Part shown: positions 1-12,493 of the stretch, piece by piece
Layout: every line of letters starts with the position of its first letter
Position numbering within the stretch: the first letter of the stretch is position 1
Assembly (NCBI GenBank): GCA_951406725.2
Contig: OX597817.1
Coordinates: 118,544,001 to 118,608,000 of the forward strand
Length of the DNA: 64,000 nt
Source: Octopus vulgaris
Lineage: Eukaryota
Reading direction: 5' to 3'
The notes under the pieces: generated by a model
The model's input: only the letters and a program-made list of their open reading frames with translations
The model's database searches: none
Told to the model about the DNA's origin: nothing
Position numbers and translations under genes: made by a program

Positions 1-988
1 TTTCAGTAATTTATCATAGTTGTTTACAAATAGCGAATTAAAACTTGAAATGAAAACATTAAAACAGAGTGAGAAACTTCACCGTTTTTACGTCAATACC
101 GGACGTTGACATTTAGAAACCCTTTTACAGACGTGGATCATAAATATAAATCAATATTATTTATTTTTAGTAACAAAAATAAAACGATGACCCTATTGGG
201 TATCCGAGATCGAATTATTCATGCATCTCAAACATGGAAGCAATTCGTGTAGGTGTATTCCCGTTAAAAGCCCCCAAAAAACACACACAGAGGTCTATTT
301 TATATAGTAAGGGTTATATATATATATATATATAGCTGAAGCGACTCCAGGCCTTTATTGTCACTCGGGCACATCACGGATTTCGCATAAGACACATTCC
401 TGCTCGAAGAATTTCACCTTTTTCCACAATATTTCTCGCCCCAGACTGTCGCCTGTAATTTTGACAAGAGATACCAGTTATTTTTTTTACACCTACCAGG
501 CTCATTCGCATTAGCCAGTGCTTCTCGATAATTTTTCGTTCCTTAAGAATATTGTAAAACGGAAACTGTTCATAGATTGCAATTTAAATCCTAATCTCTA
601 TAGAAATTTATTGTTTCAAGAACTTACTGGATTTGAATTAGTTTTAATATTTACGATTATAGATAACATCACGGGCTGTAACTCCTGAGCCAGAGTGAGG
701 TACGTGTGAATGATGTCGCGAGAACGCCTGCTACGAATGATATATTTCGACACAGGACACATGTAAGATGACCGCCAGATGCTGAAGAAAAATTAATGAA
801 GTGAAAACAAGGTCAATAAAAGGAGCCAGAGTTATTGGCTGAAATTACATATTTGAAGTCAGTGTTTGCAGAATTTAAATCAGTTAGCAAATACATGTTC
901 ACTCATTAGATTTATACTCAGGCTAAGCCCAAGCTGTCCGAGTGCCAGAGGCGCCACTGATATATATATATATATATATATATTAATG

Positions 989-1056
<68 letters not shown>

Positions 1057-1149
1057 AACAAAAGTACATGTACAAACACACATATATGTATAAGTTGCGA
1101 CGTATATAAATATGTATATACATATATATACTTGTGTGTGTGTGTCATG

Positions 1150-1200
<51 letters not shown>

Positions 1201-1203
1201 GTA

Positions 1204-1262
<59 letters not shown>

Positions 1263-2299
1263 ATATATATATACATATATATATATAGGTATATTATTCT
1301 GGACATTGACAATATATGAGAGCCTATAATTTTGAACACCGCTTAAAATGAATAAGAATAGATTTCGTGATGACCAGAAGTCAAAACAATTGTAAGCTCA
1401 TCATTTTGAGATCTTCGTTCAATGATAAAATAAATTAAATGTGAGCAAAACCAGACAGAAAGCAATAATGTTTCGTAGAAACCATAAATAAATTGGCAAG
1501 TAAAATATTAACTCCAGTACATGTTCGTAAGATGATTGACTTCGTGTGTGCTTGTGTTGGGCATGTGTGTTTCTGTTGTGTGTGTGTGTTCCTGTTGTGC
1601 GTGTGTGTTTCTGTCGTGTGTGTGTGCGCGCGCGCGTGCAAATGTGTGTGTTTGCATGCGTGTGTTTTTTATGTGTGTGTGTGTTCATATTTATATTTAT
1701 AGATACACCTGCGTGAACTTGTGTGTAAATTTATATATTTCAGACTTAATTTTAATCATTCGTGATGGAAACACAGTTAACATCTATTATTATCTCAAAG
1801 TGAAACTTACGATGTGGATAACATCTAGATGTATCTATCACTTCAAGAAATGATATACCAAAAGAAATGCCGGCGGTTTATAAACTGTCAATGAAATTGT
1901 ATTCTCAGACGTTAGCACTAAACTCATGAGATAGCTTCATACCGACATAAGAAACTGACATGGAGATACGCAAAGATGTACGTTACGTTACTGTTTATAA
2001 ATATACCACTTATTATTGATGAGGGCTTCTTTTAATATGTTGGTGTATTTGTCTACGAAGTAGTCTGGGATTATTACATCAGCCATCAGTATGTCTAAGA
2101 GAAGCTGGGACAGGACATTATGTATGTACAGGAAACTTTCCGCGGGATGTTGGGCACATATTTTGGGAACTCCAGGCGAATTCATCGGCGGTCCATAGTT
2201 CATTTTGTCGATCAGCTATGGCCCCTTTCGTGATGAGTCTACATCAAATGTATTTTTTAATTACAAAACTTTCAGCAATGCCCCTTAATTGCCAGTGTA

Positions 2300-2560
2300 G
2301 CATTTGCCCTCAGACTGACCGATCCTTTTCTCTGCAACCATTTGGAGGGTGTTCAAAGATCATTCGAACAATGTGACATAACCTACGCAGCTGGGCTCGC
2401 TATGTGAGGGAACAGCTGCTGGTAGGTTGTCCGAAATGAATGAGCAGTACTTTGTACAAACAGTGCAGATGAAACCGTTTGAGCATTTTAGTATGCCTGA
2501 TATAAATAGCCAACTTCTTACTGCAATACACCAATATTGACAAGTCAACGTCTATAGAGT
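2300..2560 (-). mobile_element. Degenerate LINE (probably RTE) 3' remnant with C-terminal zinc-finger-like motif
   Basis: Minus translation NGFICTVCTKYC resembles the C-terminal CxxC finger of RTE ORFs; the surroundings are decayed. Confidence 0.3.
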
Positions 2561-3429
2561 TTCATCTCTTTGTAATGGCTTATTTAAAGGATAGAGAGCA
2601 CCACTTTTGACAACTTTATTTGTTGCCAGCCTGGAAAAGAAGGGAGAGGAGACTAGCCTGAATGCTCGTGACTGGCTATCTCCCACCCAAGGACATAAAT
2701 GGAGCCTCGGATGGGTTTCCAACATGTTCCTGTTTGCTAAATTTCATTCACAAGACTTTAGCCGGCCCCAGATTATTGTATAATAAACATGTTCATTGTG
2801 CAAACAGTGAGACTGAACACGAAATCACATAGATACGGTACTAATTTCCTAACTATTCAACAATCACTGGTTCGGAAACTACAATGCCTTAGTTCACAAC
2901 ATTCAGAAACTGAGGGATCAAGGGAAATCATTTTCATTTACTATATCATTAATCACCAGATGATTTTATTACCCTTCATTTTGAATCCTGTTCTATTAGC
3001 ATCTATTTTAGGCATTAAAACAATATAAACGTTTTAATCATCAAATGGCACCGAACAAAATTCACAAAAGAAAATATGGGTAATTTTATGTAAGAATTTC
3101 TTTTAACGTGGAGAAGGGAATTAATAAGTGTTTCATTTCAGCAGTAATATAAATTAAAATTTTAAACAGTGCTGGTTTCATGAAACGTTTTTATATAGCT
3201 AATATTTTAAAACATTTTGATAGTAGATTATTTTATCAATGTTACGATTGCTATGTTATCTTTTACTATTTTCTTTTAATTAGTAAATGAACTGAAATTA
3301 TCAAGTACTATATATTAAGTAATATATGCATTTGTTAGCTTTATCCATCCATCTTTTCCACCCACTTTTCCTGAGAGTACTCAGATACCTGTTCTATACC
3401 TCCTCCTTAGTGACCTATCAGGAACAACC

Positions 3430-3720
3430 ATAACCAAACTTTTCATCTGGTTTCTCAAAGGCAACCAACTGACATATGAATATTATCCAACGATTTCGTT
3501 GTTGGTAGACTCCTAGGTATTCTGTCAGTTGTCACGGCTTCAATAATCTTTCTTGCAAATCTTCACAACGACATTCTAATCCCATGTCCGTAGTACCGGA
3601 GCTATGACCTCACAATACAGAGAAGCAGTGCGTTGATCCGGACTCTTTGTTCTTTGAGCTAAGCAGCCTGTCGAGTAATGTTACTCTGGGGATCCTTCAG
3701 ATAAATACCATTTCAGCTGC
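3430..3720 (-). mobile_element. RTE-clade LINE 3' remnant
   Basis: Manual minus translation LRYYGHGIRMSL*RFARKII...DRIPRSLPTTKSLDNI matches the RTE C-terminal pattern LRWxGHxxRM...R.PRGRP...W.D.I. Confidence 0.55.
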
Positions 3721-5600
3721 TTATGTTAGCCATCGTACTCTTTCGATCATTACCCAAAATACATAACCGTAAGTAAAGATAAACTCAAAAACTGAACTGA
3801 AGAGAGCGAATATGAATTTGTTACTACCCTCTCCTCTTCTGTTACTTTTATTGGCACATAAATCATTCTGTCTTTCTCCATTTAGGTGTGAACGTCTCTT
3901 TGGTTCTTTAGCTTCCATTCTGTTTGGGTTTGTTTTCGTTTTTTAGGATTCATTTTATTTTCTTTCCACTTTCCACAACAGTTTTCTTTTTTTTTGTTTA
4001 CTTTCCAACGCCACTGCATCATCGCCGGGCGACTGGGTGTGGCTTGAAAGCAGGAATAAATTGTTTCGACAGTATACAGATGCGACCAGATCGATCACAT
4101 AATATCCCAAACACAATTTACAGTATTTTTGCGGCAGCAATAAGCGATGTGAATCCATGCTTAGTAACTATATTGGAAAGGCTCACTTTATTACAAGTTT
4201 TTCTTACATTAATTTATGCATGTCCATCTGTTACTGTTTACAGTAGTTGGACTACTATAGCTGCCTTTCGCCGAATTAAGATAATGATAAATATTTCTGG
4301 GATTTATTTAAATATAGTTTATCATCAAAGGTATTATAAAGCTGTGCTTAATCTCTCTGCTGACTAGTACTATACATTTGCCTTGATTATGTCATTAATC
4401 TTAGCTGTTTAACTGAAACGTCACCGAAAACACATTGCATTTTGATTGTTTACTGAACGGCTCGTGATTCACGAATGTTTTCGCTTTTATTCTAGCGGAA
4501 AGGTAACTATCTGTCACCTGAATAAACATTGTGTGAAATGTACCAGCAGCAAACAATGATTTCTTGACAGTTGTAGATCAAATTCTAAAAGTATTGTCTC
4601 CGAGAAAAGTGTATACAGAATCTGTTGTAGTTCTATTAATTAATCGATAAACTACATTATTGCATTATAGACAGATAAGTCTAGAACCATAAACATTAAA
4701 CCAACTTGTAAGGCTACATACTGCGGAACTATAGTCAATAAAACGACATGGAAGAATACTAAGGTATTCGATCATTCTAATTTATCGAACCATTCCTTTT
4801 TATTCAATATTTCCTCGAAAACAGTGGTCAAACTACAGTTATGTTGTCTAAACAACATCAAAGAATGTTAAATCGTTCCGTGTGTAATGTTTCTTGTTCG
4901 GTGGGTGGGGATCCTTTCAGAAGCATTATATTACACTTCATGAAATGAAACTGACAGTTCGCTATTCTAACTCTCAAATATCATACTTGGCGTTGATATA
5001 TTTTTGTTTTGGATTATATTTTCATCACCATCAAAGAACTACACGGAAGTGAAATCATCGCAATCAGGTTTCTTTTCTTCTTTCCCCTTTTTTTTTACTT
5101 TTTATTTTGATCCAGCTAGCTAACTCACATTAACGAACGACGGTAGATTATAGCCTTTTCATCAATGCAGTCGAAAAATTCTCTTTATTATATAAACCTG
5201 CCATCGATTTCACCTGTACAAAAACCTAACATCAAACGAAGCAATATGTTTAGAGAGAAAACGATAATCCATTGAATATTTGTTGGTATCATAATTCTAA
5301 GACCATAAAGAAAAGCGCCTTAGATTTTAATTGGAATATAACAGAAAACAAATCATAATTAAAGGACACCTATCGAACAGCTGTCTTTTGAAGCTACGTA
5401 CTTTTTAGCTAAGCAGATTCTTTTCGCTTAACAGTACTTGTTATCATCATAAATATTATAAAGGTAATTCAAAACATTATATTTCTGCATCAAATGAACA
5501 TAATAAATATACAAAAATTATGATGAAAACTACGGAGTCAGTAGTAGAGAATATCTCGAACATAAAAGGTACTATCCTCCAAGAAAATAATAATTTGTAA

Positions 5601-5780
5601 TATAGGCACAAGTCAAATTTGCGGAGAGGGAGACAACTATTATGTACCTAGGCTTCAGTACTTGAATGGACTATTTTATCGATCCTGAAAGGCAAAGATA
5701 ACTTTGGCGAGATTTGAAATCAGAACATAAAGAGGCGAAACAAATACAGTACGGCATTTTCCAGCATGATTTGAACTCAG
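5601..5780 (-). mobile_element. Degenerate tRNA-derived SINE (family A)
   Basis: tttatcgatcctgaaaggcaaagataactttggcgagatttgaaatcagaac aligns with the full copies at 23878-24109 and 62428-62657. Confidence 0.65.
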
Positions 5781-6004
5781 ATCGTAAGAAGATAGATTAT
5801 TAACCGAATTCTCATTGCTGCATCAGTCACAGATCCAAGAATGAGGAAAATTAGCTAGCATCTAATCTTGGAAATAAACGGTATTAACAAGTTGCATCAC
5901 CACATCGTGTGTGACGATAGGGTGTTAATTTTTGCTGAGTAAAATACAAAAATTGTCACAGAAAATGCAGAAACTAAACAGAAAAAGAAGTTTATCAAAA
6001 ATGT

Positions 6005-6011
6005 TTATTAC

Positions 6012-6045
<34 letters not shown>

Positions 6046-6067
6046 GTAGTAGTATTATTATTATTAT

Positions 6068-6105
<38 letters not shown>

Positions 6106-6145
6106 TTATTATTATTATTATTATTACTATTTTATTATTATTATT
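6005..6145. repeat. (TTA)n/(GTA)n microsatellite; 3' tail/target of the R4 copy
   Basis: Direct reading. Confidence 0.95.
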
Positions 6146-6582
6146 CAGTAGTTTTATTTTTATAGCGTGCTTTCACTTCACTACCGAGCGCAGCTATGTG
6201 TGCATTAGGTATGTGCTGTGATTTGATGTGATGCTCTGATGGTTATTGTATGGAAAGTGTTCTGCGTAGGATGTGTGCAGTGCCTAGTAGTGCAATTTTA
6301 TGTATGTTATATGTGTTTGTAAGTCCTGGTGTTTTTGTTATGTATTTGTCTGAATATTTTTTTATCATGCCTAATGCACCTACTATGATAGGAATTGTTT
6401 CTGTTTTTAGATTCCACATTCTGGTTACCTCTATTTCCAGGTATTTGTATTTTGAATGTTTCTCCATTTCTTTTAGAGACACGTTGTCATCTGCCGGTAT
6501 TGATACATCAATCAGAAAGGATTTTTTTTTCTTCATGATCTCTGACAACTATATCTGGTCTGTTGGCCTTAATTTCTCTGTG

Positions 6583-6585
<3 letters not shown>
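6146..6585 (-). mobile_element. 5'-truncated R4/Dong LINE, subfamily 1, short copy (REL endonuclease C-terminus plus 3'UTR)
   Basis: Near-identical to 6617-7055; encodes FLIDVSIPADDNVSLKEMEKHSKYKYL...LLGTAHILRRTLSIQ*; (TTA)n on both sides. Confidence 0.9.
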
Positions 6586-6616
<31 letters not shown>

Positions 6617-6619
<3 letters not shown>

Positions 6620-8875
6620 TAGTTTTATTTTTATTTTTATAGCGTGCTTTCACTTCACTACCGAGCGCAGCTCTGTGTGCCTTGGGTATGTGCTGTGATT
6701 TGTTGTGATGCTCTGATGGTTATTGTATGGAAAGTGTTCTGCGTAGGATGTGTGCAGTGCCTAGTAGTGCAATTTTATGTATGTTATATGTGTTTGTAAG
6801 TCCTGGTGTTTTTGTTATGTATTTGTCTGAATATTTTTTTATCATGCCTAATGCACCTACTATGATAGGAATTGTTTCTGTTTTCAGATTCCACATTCTA
6901 GTTACCTCTATTTCCAGGTCTTTGTATTTTGAGAGTTTCTCCATTTCTTTTAGAGACACGTTGTCATCTGTCGGTACTGATACATCAATTAGAAAGCATT
7001 TTTTTCTTCATGGTCTCTGACAACTATATCTGGTCTGTTGGCCTTAATTTCTCTATCTGTGTGTATCGGCATATCCCAGAGTATGGTTGCTTTCTCGTTT
7101 TCTGTGACCTTTTCTGGTGTGTGCCTATACCATCTTTTTTCTGTTGTTATTCCATAATGTTGGCATAGCTTCCAATGTATGTAAGTTCCAACTCTGTCAT
7201 GTCTGTGAATATATTCCTTCTTAGCCAGGACTGGGCAGCTAGAGATAATATGATTTATTGTTTCTTGTCCATCTCCACATATTCTGCAGTTACTTGTAAT
7301 ATTTCTTTTCATTACATGTTTTTGGTAATTTCTGGTGGGGAGGCTTTGGTCTTGTGCTGCAATTAAAAATCCCTCTGTTTCTGCTTTGAGTCCTGAGCTT
7401 CTCAACCATTGCTGGGATTTTTCTTTGTCTATTTCTTTTGCGTTTAGTTTAGTCCAGTATTTACCATGAAGGGGCTTTTCTTGCCATCGTTTTATCATGG
7501 TTCGTTGCTGTTCTATTTTTAGTTTGGATTTCATTTTTTTTATAGCTTTTGTTGTTTCTTCATCTTCTTCTTCTTCTTCTTCATGTTTATTAGGTGGTAT
7601 GATTTCTTGTTTGTATTTGTCAGCTTCCTTAAATACTGAGAACAGTTTTTTGTTTTGCTCGTGTTTTGCCGCTATCTGGATCAGTTTTCCTTCCTTCTGA
7701 AGTAGATATTTTTGCAGTCCTATGGTGGTTATTTTATAGTAGTTTTCCAGCTGTATAAGGCCTCTACCACCTTCTATACGTTGTATATATAGTCTTTCTA
7801 TGTCAGATTTTGGGTGATGCATCCTAGATCCTGTCAGTATTTTTCTTGTTTTCCTGTCTATTTTGGTCAGTTCATTTCGTGTCCAGTTAAGGATATTGTA
7901 GCTGTAACTTATAACTGGGACAGCTAAAGTGTTGATACCTATTATCTTGTTTTTAGCATTGAGCTCTGTGTTTAGTATTGATCTAACTCGTCTATAATAT
8001 TCTTTTTTTATTTTCTCTTTCATTTGTGTGTGTTGTGTCTTATCTAGTTCATGGATTCCTAAGTATTTGTAAGTTTGGCTTTGGTCTAATTCTTTTATTT
8101 CATTTGCTTCATCTAGTGTGATGTTGTTACTCTTAACTAGTTTTCCTCTTTTCATGGTTACTTTGGCGCATTTTTCTAATCCAAATTTCATATCTATTTC
8201 TTTGGTAAATCCATGAACTGTCTTTAATAGTGTTTCCAGCTGTTTGTCATTTGCAGCGTATAGTTTTAGGTCATCCATATATAAAAGGTGGCTGATCGTT
8301 TTGCCGTAACATTTATATCCGCATCCAGTTCTATTTAGCATATCAGATAGAGGTGACAGTGCCAAGCAGAAAAGGAGTGGAGAGAGCGTATCTCCCTGGA
8401 ATATTCCTCTTCTAATGGGGATGTCTTTGGTTTTCATGAGTCCCTCTTTTGTTTGTAGGTGTAGGACTGTTTGCCATTTATTCATAGAGTGCTCTATGAA
8501 TTTTATGATTGTTGGTGCTACTTTGTTAATGGCTAGTGTTTCGAGGATCCATGTGTGGGGGAGGCTATCAAACGCCTTTTTGTAGTCAATCCAGGCCATA
8601 CTGAGGCCTTTCTTCTTTCTGTGGCTGTCTTCAGTTATGGCTTTATTAATCATTAGTTGATCTTTACAGCCATATGAGCCTTTGCGGCATCCTTTCTGCT
8701 CTTCTGGGAACAGTTTGTATTTGTCCAGGTGCTTGTTCAGCCTTTGTGATATCACTGCAGTAAATGCCTTGAACATAGTAGGGAGGCAGGTTATTGGTCT
8801 GTAGTTTTCTGGTTTTTCTGTTTCATTTGATTTGGGAATTAAGATGATTTTCCCCTTCGTGAGCCATTCAGGCAT
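6617..8875 (-). mobile_element. 5'-truncated R4/Dong-clade non-LTR retrotransposon, subfamily 1, long copy in (TAA)n
   Basis: RT, CCHC knuckle and REL endonuclease; the 3'UTR ends AATAAAACTACTG(AAT)n; both ends abut TAA repeats. Confidence 0.93.
6989..8875 (-). CDS. R4/Dong reverse transcriptase plus zinc knuckle (628 aa, N-terminally truncated; endonuclease C-terminus continues to ~6720 after a frameshift)
   Basis: Motifs NYRPITCL, WIDYKKAFDS, RGIFQGDTLSPLLF, LLYMDDLKL, YKYLG, CRICGDGQETINHIISSC, NRPDIVV; 1-nt frameshift in the A7 run at 6999-7005. Confidence 0.9.
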   Translation of the reverse strand: MPEWLTKGKIILIPKSNETEKPENYRPITCLPTMFKAFTAVISQRLNKHLDKYKLFPEEQKGCRKGSYGCKDQLMINKAITEDSHRKKKGLSMAWIDYKKAFDSLPHTWILETLAINKVAPTIIKFIEHSMNKWQTVLHLQTKEGLMKTKDIPIRRGIFQGDTLSPLLFCLALSPLSDMLNRTGCGYKCYGKTISHLLYMDDLKLYAANDKQLETLLKTVHGFTKEIDMKFGLEKCAKVTMKRGKLVKSNNITLDEANEIKELDQSQTYKYLGIHELDKTQHTQMKEKIKKEYYRRVRSILNTELNAKNKIIGINTLAVPVISYSYNILNWTRNELTKIDRKTRKILTGSRMHHPKSDIERLYIQRIEGGRGLIQLENYYKITTIGLQKYLLQKEGKLIQIAAKHEQNKKLFSVFKEADKYKQEIIPPNKHEEEEEEDEETTKAIKKMKSKLKIEQQRTMIKRWQEKPLHGKYWTKLNAKEIDKEKSQQWLRSSGLKAETEGFLIAAQDQSLPTRNYQKHVMKRNITSNCRICGDGQETINHIISSCPVLAKKEYIHRHDRVGTYIHWKLCQHYGITTEKRWYRHTPEKVTENEKATILWDMPIHTDREIKANRPDIVVRDHEEKNAF

Positions 8876-8901
8876 TATTATTATTATTATTATTATTATT
8901 A

Positions 8902-9728
8902 TGAAAGACCCTATGGTAGTTCTTATCTACCGGTTGTTCTTTACTTGAAAGCAGGCAATAACAAATCACCAAAAGTTTCAAGTTGTGCCTTCTCCTATGA
9001 CTCAAAGAGACAATAGTCTCCTTAGAATGCAAGCTGTACCCAACATTGCAGTCTTCGGAATCACTTTGAGCCTGACAGCAGCTCCAATATTCTTGTTGTG
9101 TTTTTCAAAACCCTTGGAAACTGCTCCTAATGCTCCAATTACCACCGCTATCACCATTACTTTCTTCATGCCCCATAACTTTCCTATCTCATCCCGCAGC
9201 GGCTGGTATTTTTCTCACTTCACTGTTTCCTTACATTTCACCCTCGAATCGCCTGGTATTGCAACATCCATTATCCTTGTTTCTTTTTCATCTTAATGGA
9301 TGATCACGATATCTGGCCGTCTCGCCTGTATGACTTGGTCGCACTGTATGTTATAATCCTAGAGTATTTTATGTTCATACCATTCAGCTCTCTTGAGGTT
9401 TGCTTTGTCGCACAACAGCCAGTGGACATATCAGGTCACATTGTCGTGTATCATTTTGTATTCGCGTTGTGCGAGCTTACAGCACTCACTAGCAATATAG
9501 CTTACACTTTCTCCCTTCTCAAAGCACATCCTACCCTGTGGTGAGTCGGTACTTTAATCAATATGATATTTGGAGTAGTTTGTTCTTGAACGCTGTACAC
9601 TAATACCACACTGGGTCCTTTTAAGTCTCCTTTATGCTACCATTGCTAGGTTCTAATCCAACCAATTTCATCTTTATTCTTCAAGAACCGGCTGTGCATT
9701 TTCTTATCCTGCGAAATTTTCTTCATCT

Positions 9729-9816
<88 letters not shown>

Positions 9817-10633
9817 TTGTTAAATCGTGTTGGATCTACGGCTTCGCTATATTTTAAGGTTTCCTGCATTTTTTTCACTGCTTCAATTATTTCTTCTTTA
9901 CTCCTTTTGACATACCAAGCCAGGCTATTCTTATCTTCCCTTACACACCCTTAACAACCCATCAATTCCCGTCCTCCTTCTTTCCTCTTTACATACAATG
10001 TTGACACATCATTCTTGGGGTATAGTTCCTTGTTCATTGTCATTAATTTACGTGTTCCCGGTCTATCTCTTGTAATTCGGTCTTCTTCCAAGATACTATT
10101 CCTGTCCCATATCTCATCAAAGCAACCGCCCACGTGTTAATTGCTCTAATCTTTTAGCGGCCATTTAGCTTCGATTGGAACACAAGCCGAGTTCTCAAAT
10201 ACTCGTTCCTATATATTCCTTTCATCTGGTGTTCATTCATCTTTCAATGGTATCCAGGTACTTATATCCTTCTTCTCCGACTTCCTTTATAGTTCCGTCA
10301 CTTTCCAGGTTGATCCCATGGCTTTTACTGATTTTTCCCCTTTTGAGAATCATTACACCACATTTTTCGAACCCAAATTCCATGCCAATATCTTCGGTAA
10401 TCATCTGCACAGTTGCCGTCAAACTCTCAATTTCTTTCTTAGTCTTAGTCTGCACTGTTCTCTAATCAGCTCCTTGGTTATTTTCAAATCCTCCTGCTGA
10501 TACTCTCCACTCTCCTCTTTGAGTGTCATTAAACACTCTGCTTCAGTTTCATGTTGTTTCTCCTGAGACCATATGTTTGCCCAGAATCTTTTGCTTTCTT
10601 CAGCATCCGGCACGACTTTTTCACTCTTTTCCT
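8902..10633 (-). mobile_element. Decayed R4/Dong LINE, subfamily 2, with internal deletion and (CT)n insertion
   Basis: Fragments PDAEESKRFWANIWSQ, DIGMEFGFEKCGVMILKRGK..YKYL, LYVKRKEGGREL, TAMLGTACILRRLLSL*; multiple stops and frameshifts; (TAA)n at the 3' end. Confidence 0.85.
9731..9810. repeat. (CT)n microsatellite inside the R4 remnant
   Basis: Direct reading. Confidence 0.95.
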
Positions 10634-10654
10634 TACTACTACTACTACTACTGC

Positions 10655-10711
<57 letters not shown>

Positions 10712-10718
10712 CAACAAC

Positions 10719-10765
<47 letters not shown>

Positions 10766-10772
10766 CAACAAC

Positions 10773-10828
<56 letters not shown>

Positions 10829-10874
10829 AACTACTACTACTAATACTACTATTATTATTATTATTATTATTATT
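10634..10874. repeat. Compound (CTA)n/(AAT)n/(AAC)n then (TTA)n microsatellite, with a polarity switch near 10830-10850
   Basis: Direct reading. Confidence 0.95.
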
Positions 10875-11160
10875 CAGTAGTTTTATTTTTATAGCGTGCT
10901 TTCACTTCACTACCGAGCGCAGCTCTGTGTGCCTTGGGTATGTGCTGTGATTTGTTGTGATGCTCTGATGGTTATTGTATGGAAAGTGTTCTGCGTAGGA
11001 TGTGTGCAGTGCCTAGTAGTGCAATTTTCTGTATGTTATATGTGTTTGTAAGTCCTGGTGTTTTTGTTATGTGTTTGTAAGTCCTGGTGTTTTTGTTATG
11101 TTGTTTGTAAGTCCTGGTGTTTTTGTTATGTTGTTTGTAAGTCCTGGTGTTTTTGTTATG
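10875..11160 (-). mobile_element. Third subfamily-1 R4 3'-end copy with a fourfold ~29-bp tandem repeat at its 5' truncation
   Basis: Matches 6617-6820; unit TGTTTGTAAGTCCTGGTGTTTTTGTTATG x4 at 11043-11160. Confidence 0.9.
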
Positions 11161-11220
<60 letters not shown>

Positions 11221-11222
11221 CT

Positions 11223-11375
11223 AAGGTGACGAGCTGATAGAATCGTCTTTACGTTTTGAGTTCAGATTTCGCCAAGGTCAACTTTAGTTTTTATCCTTTC
11301 GAGGTCGATGAAATATGAACCAGTCGGCTTAACATTTTCCTCGAAATCGCTGGCCTTGTGCCAAAATTTAAAATC
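11223..11375 (+). mobile_element. tRNA-derived SINE family A, internally deleted
   Basis: ggtgacgagctgatagaatcgt..gagttcagatttcgcc..atcctttcgaggtcgat..ggccttgtgccaaaattt. Confidence 0.7.
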
Positions 11376-11403
11376 ATTATTATTATTATTATTTGTTGCT
11401 GTT

Positions 11404-11443
<40 letters not shown>

Positions 11444-11632
11444 CAGCAGCAGCAGCAGCAGCGGTAGTAGTAATAGTAGTAGTAGTGGTGGTGGTGGTGG
11501 TGGTGGTGGTGGAAGTAGTGGTAGTAGTGGTAGTAGTGGTAGTAGTATTAATAGTAGTAGTAGTAGTAGTGGTGGTATCCTTTCACTTTTAGAACACATC
11601 ACCCTTCAATTTGCAAACAAGTATATGTTGAT

Positions 11633-11710
<78 letters not shown>

Positions 11711-11729
11711 ATATATATATATATATGCG

Positions 11730-11810
<81 letters not shown>
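11376..11810. repeat. Microsatellite block (ATT, GTA, GCA, GTG, CA, TA, GATA)
   Basis: Direct reading. Confidence 0.95.
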
Positions 11811-11813
<3 letters not shown>

Positions 11814-12206
11814 ATGAGAGGGTGGAAAGTGTATTATGTAGGGAATTATGAATATTTTATGGAGATTTTCGTCATCACTTGAGATCGATAATGTAAAAGT
11901 TATAAGCGAATAACTGAAGAACTCCAGCATCTAATAATGTCAGAAAAATGCCGGCAGCCTTCGATAACTGTGAAATCCTTCACCAAATAATCTTATAAAA
12001 ATAACATGTGCCCTACATCGTAGTGAATGAATATAAACAGTTTTCTGAATTCCAGCACGAATGTAATTATGGCTTCATAATGACACGAAGATAAAGTTCA
12101 TGTAGACAGAATAAACATCCAAACGCTCTTTGTTTGTTGTTGAGATATCAGAAAGTATAGAGAGAGAATATGAAAGTAACGACAGATCGATACTTTTGCA
12201 AATACG

Positions 12207-12321
<115 letters not shown>

Positions 12322-12348
12322 GTGCATATATGCATATATATATGTATA

Positions 12349-12390
<42 letters not shown>

Positions 12391-12446
12391 TATATATAGA
12401 TATGCACATACAATATATTCACGCAAGCACGCACAAACACACACAA

Positions 12447-12493
<47 letters not shown>

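Noticed and set aside
1-315. Possible Helitron-like 5' end on minus (CTTACTATATAAAATAG)
   Set aside because: Only a short AT-rich motif, and the element would run off the window
336-960. Possible hAT-like element between (TA)n tracts (CAGTGGCG on the minus end)
   Set aside because: No matching TIR at the other end and no coding evidence
3924-4367. 147-aa hydrophobic ORF
   Set aside because: TTG start, no motif, and composition expected from T-rich non-coding DNA
6250-9954. Plus-strand ORFs over the R4 cluster
   Set aside because: Antisense shadows of the minus-strand retrotransposon ORFs
11043-11160. CRISPR-like 29-bp repeats
   Set aside because: No spacers, eukaryotic context, and the unit is R4 coding sequence
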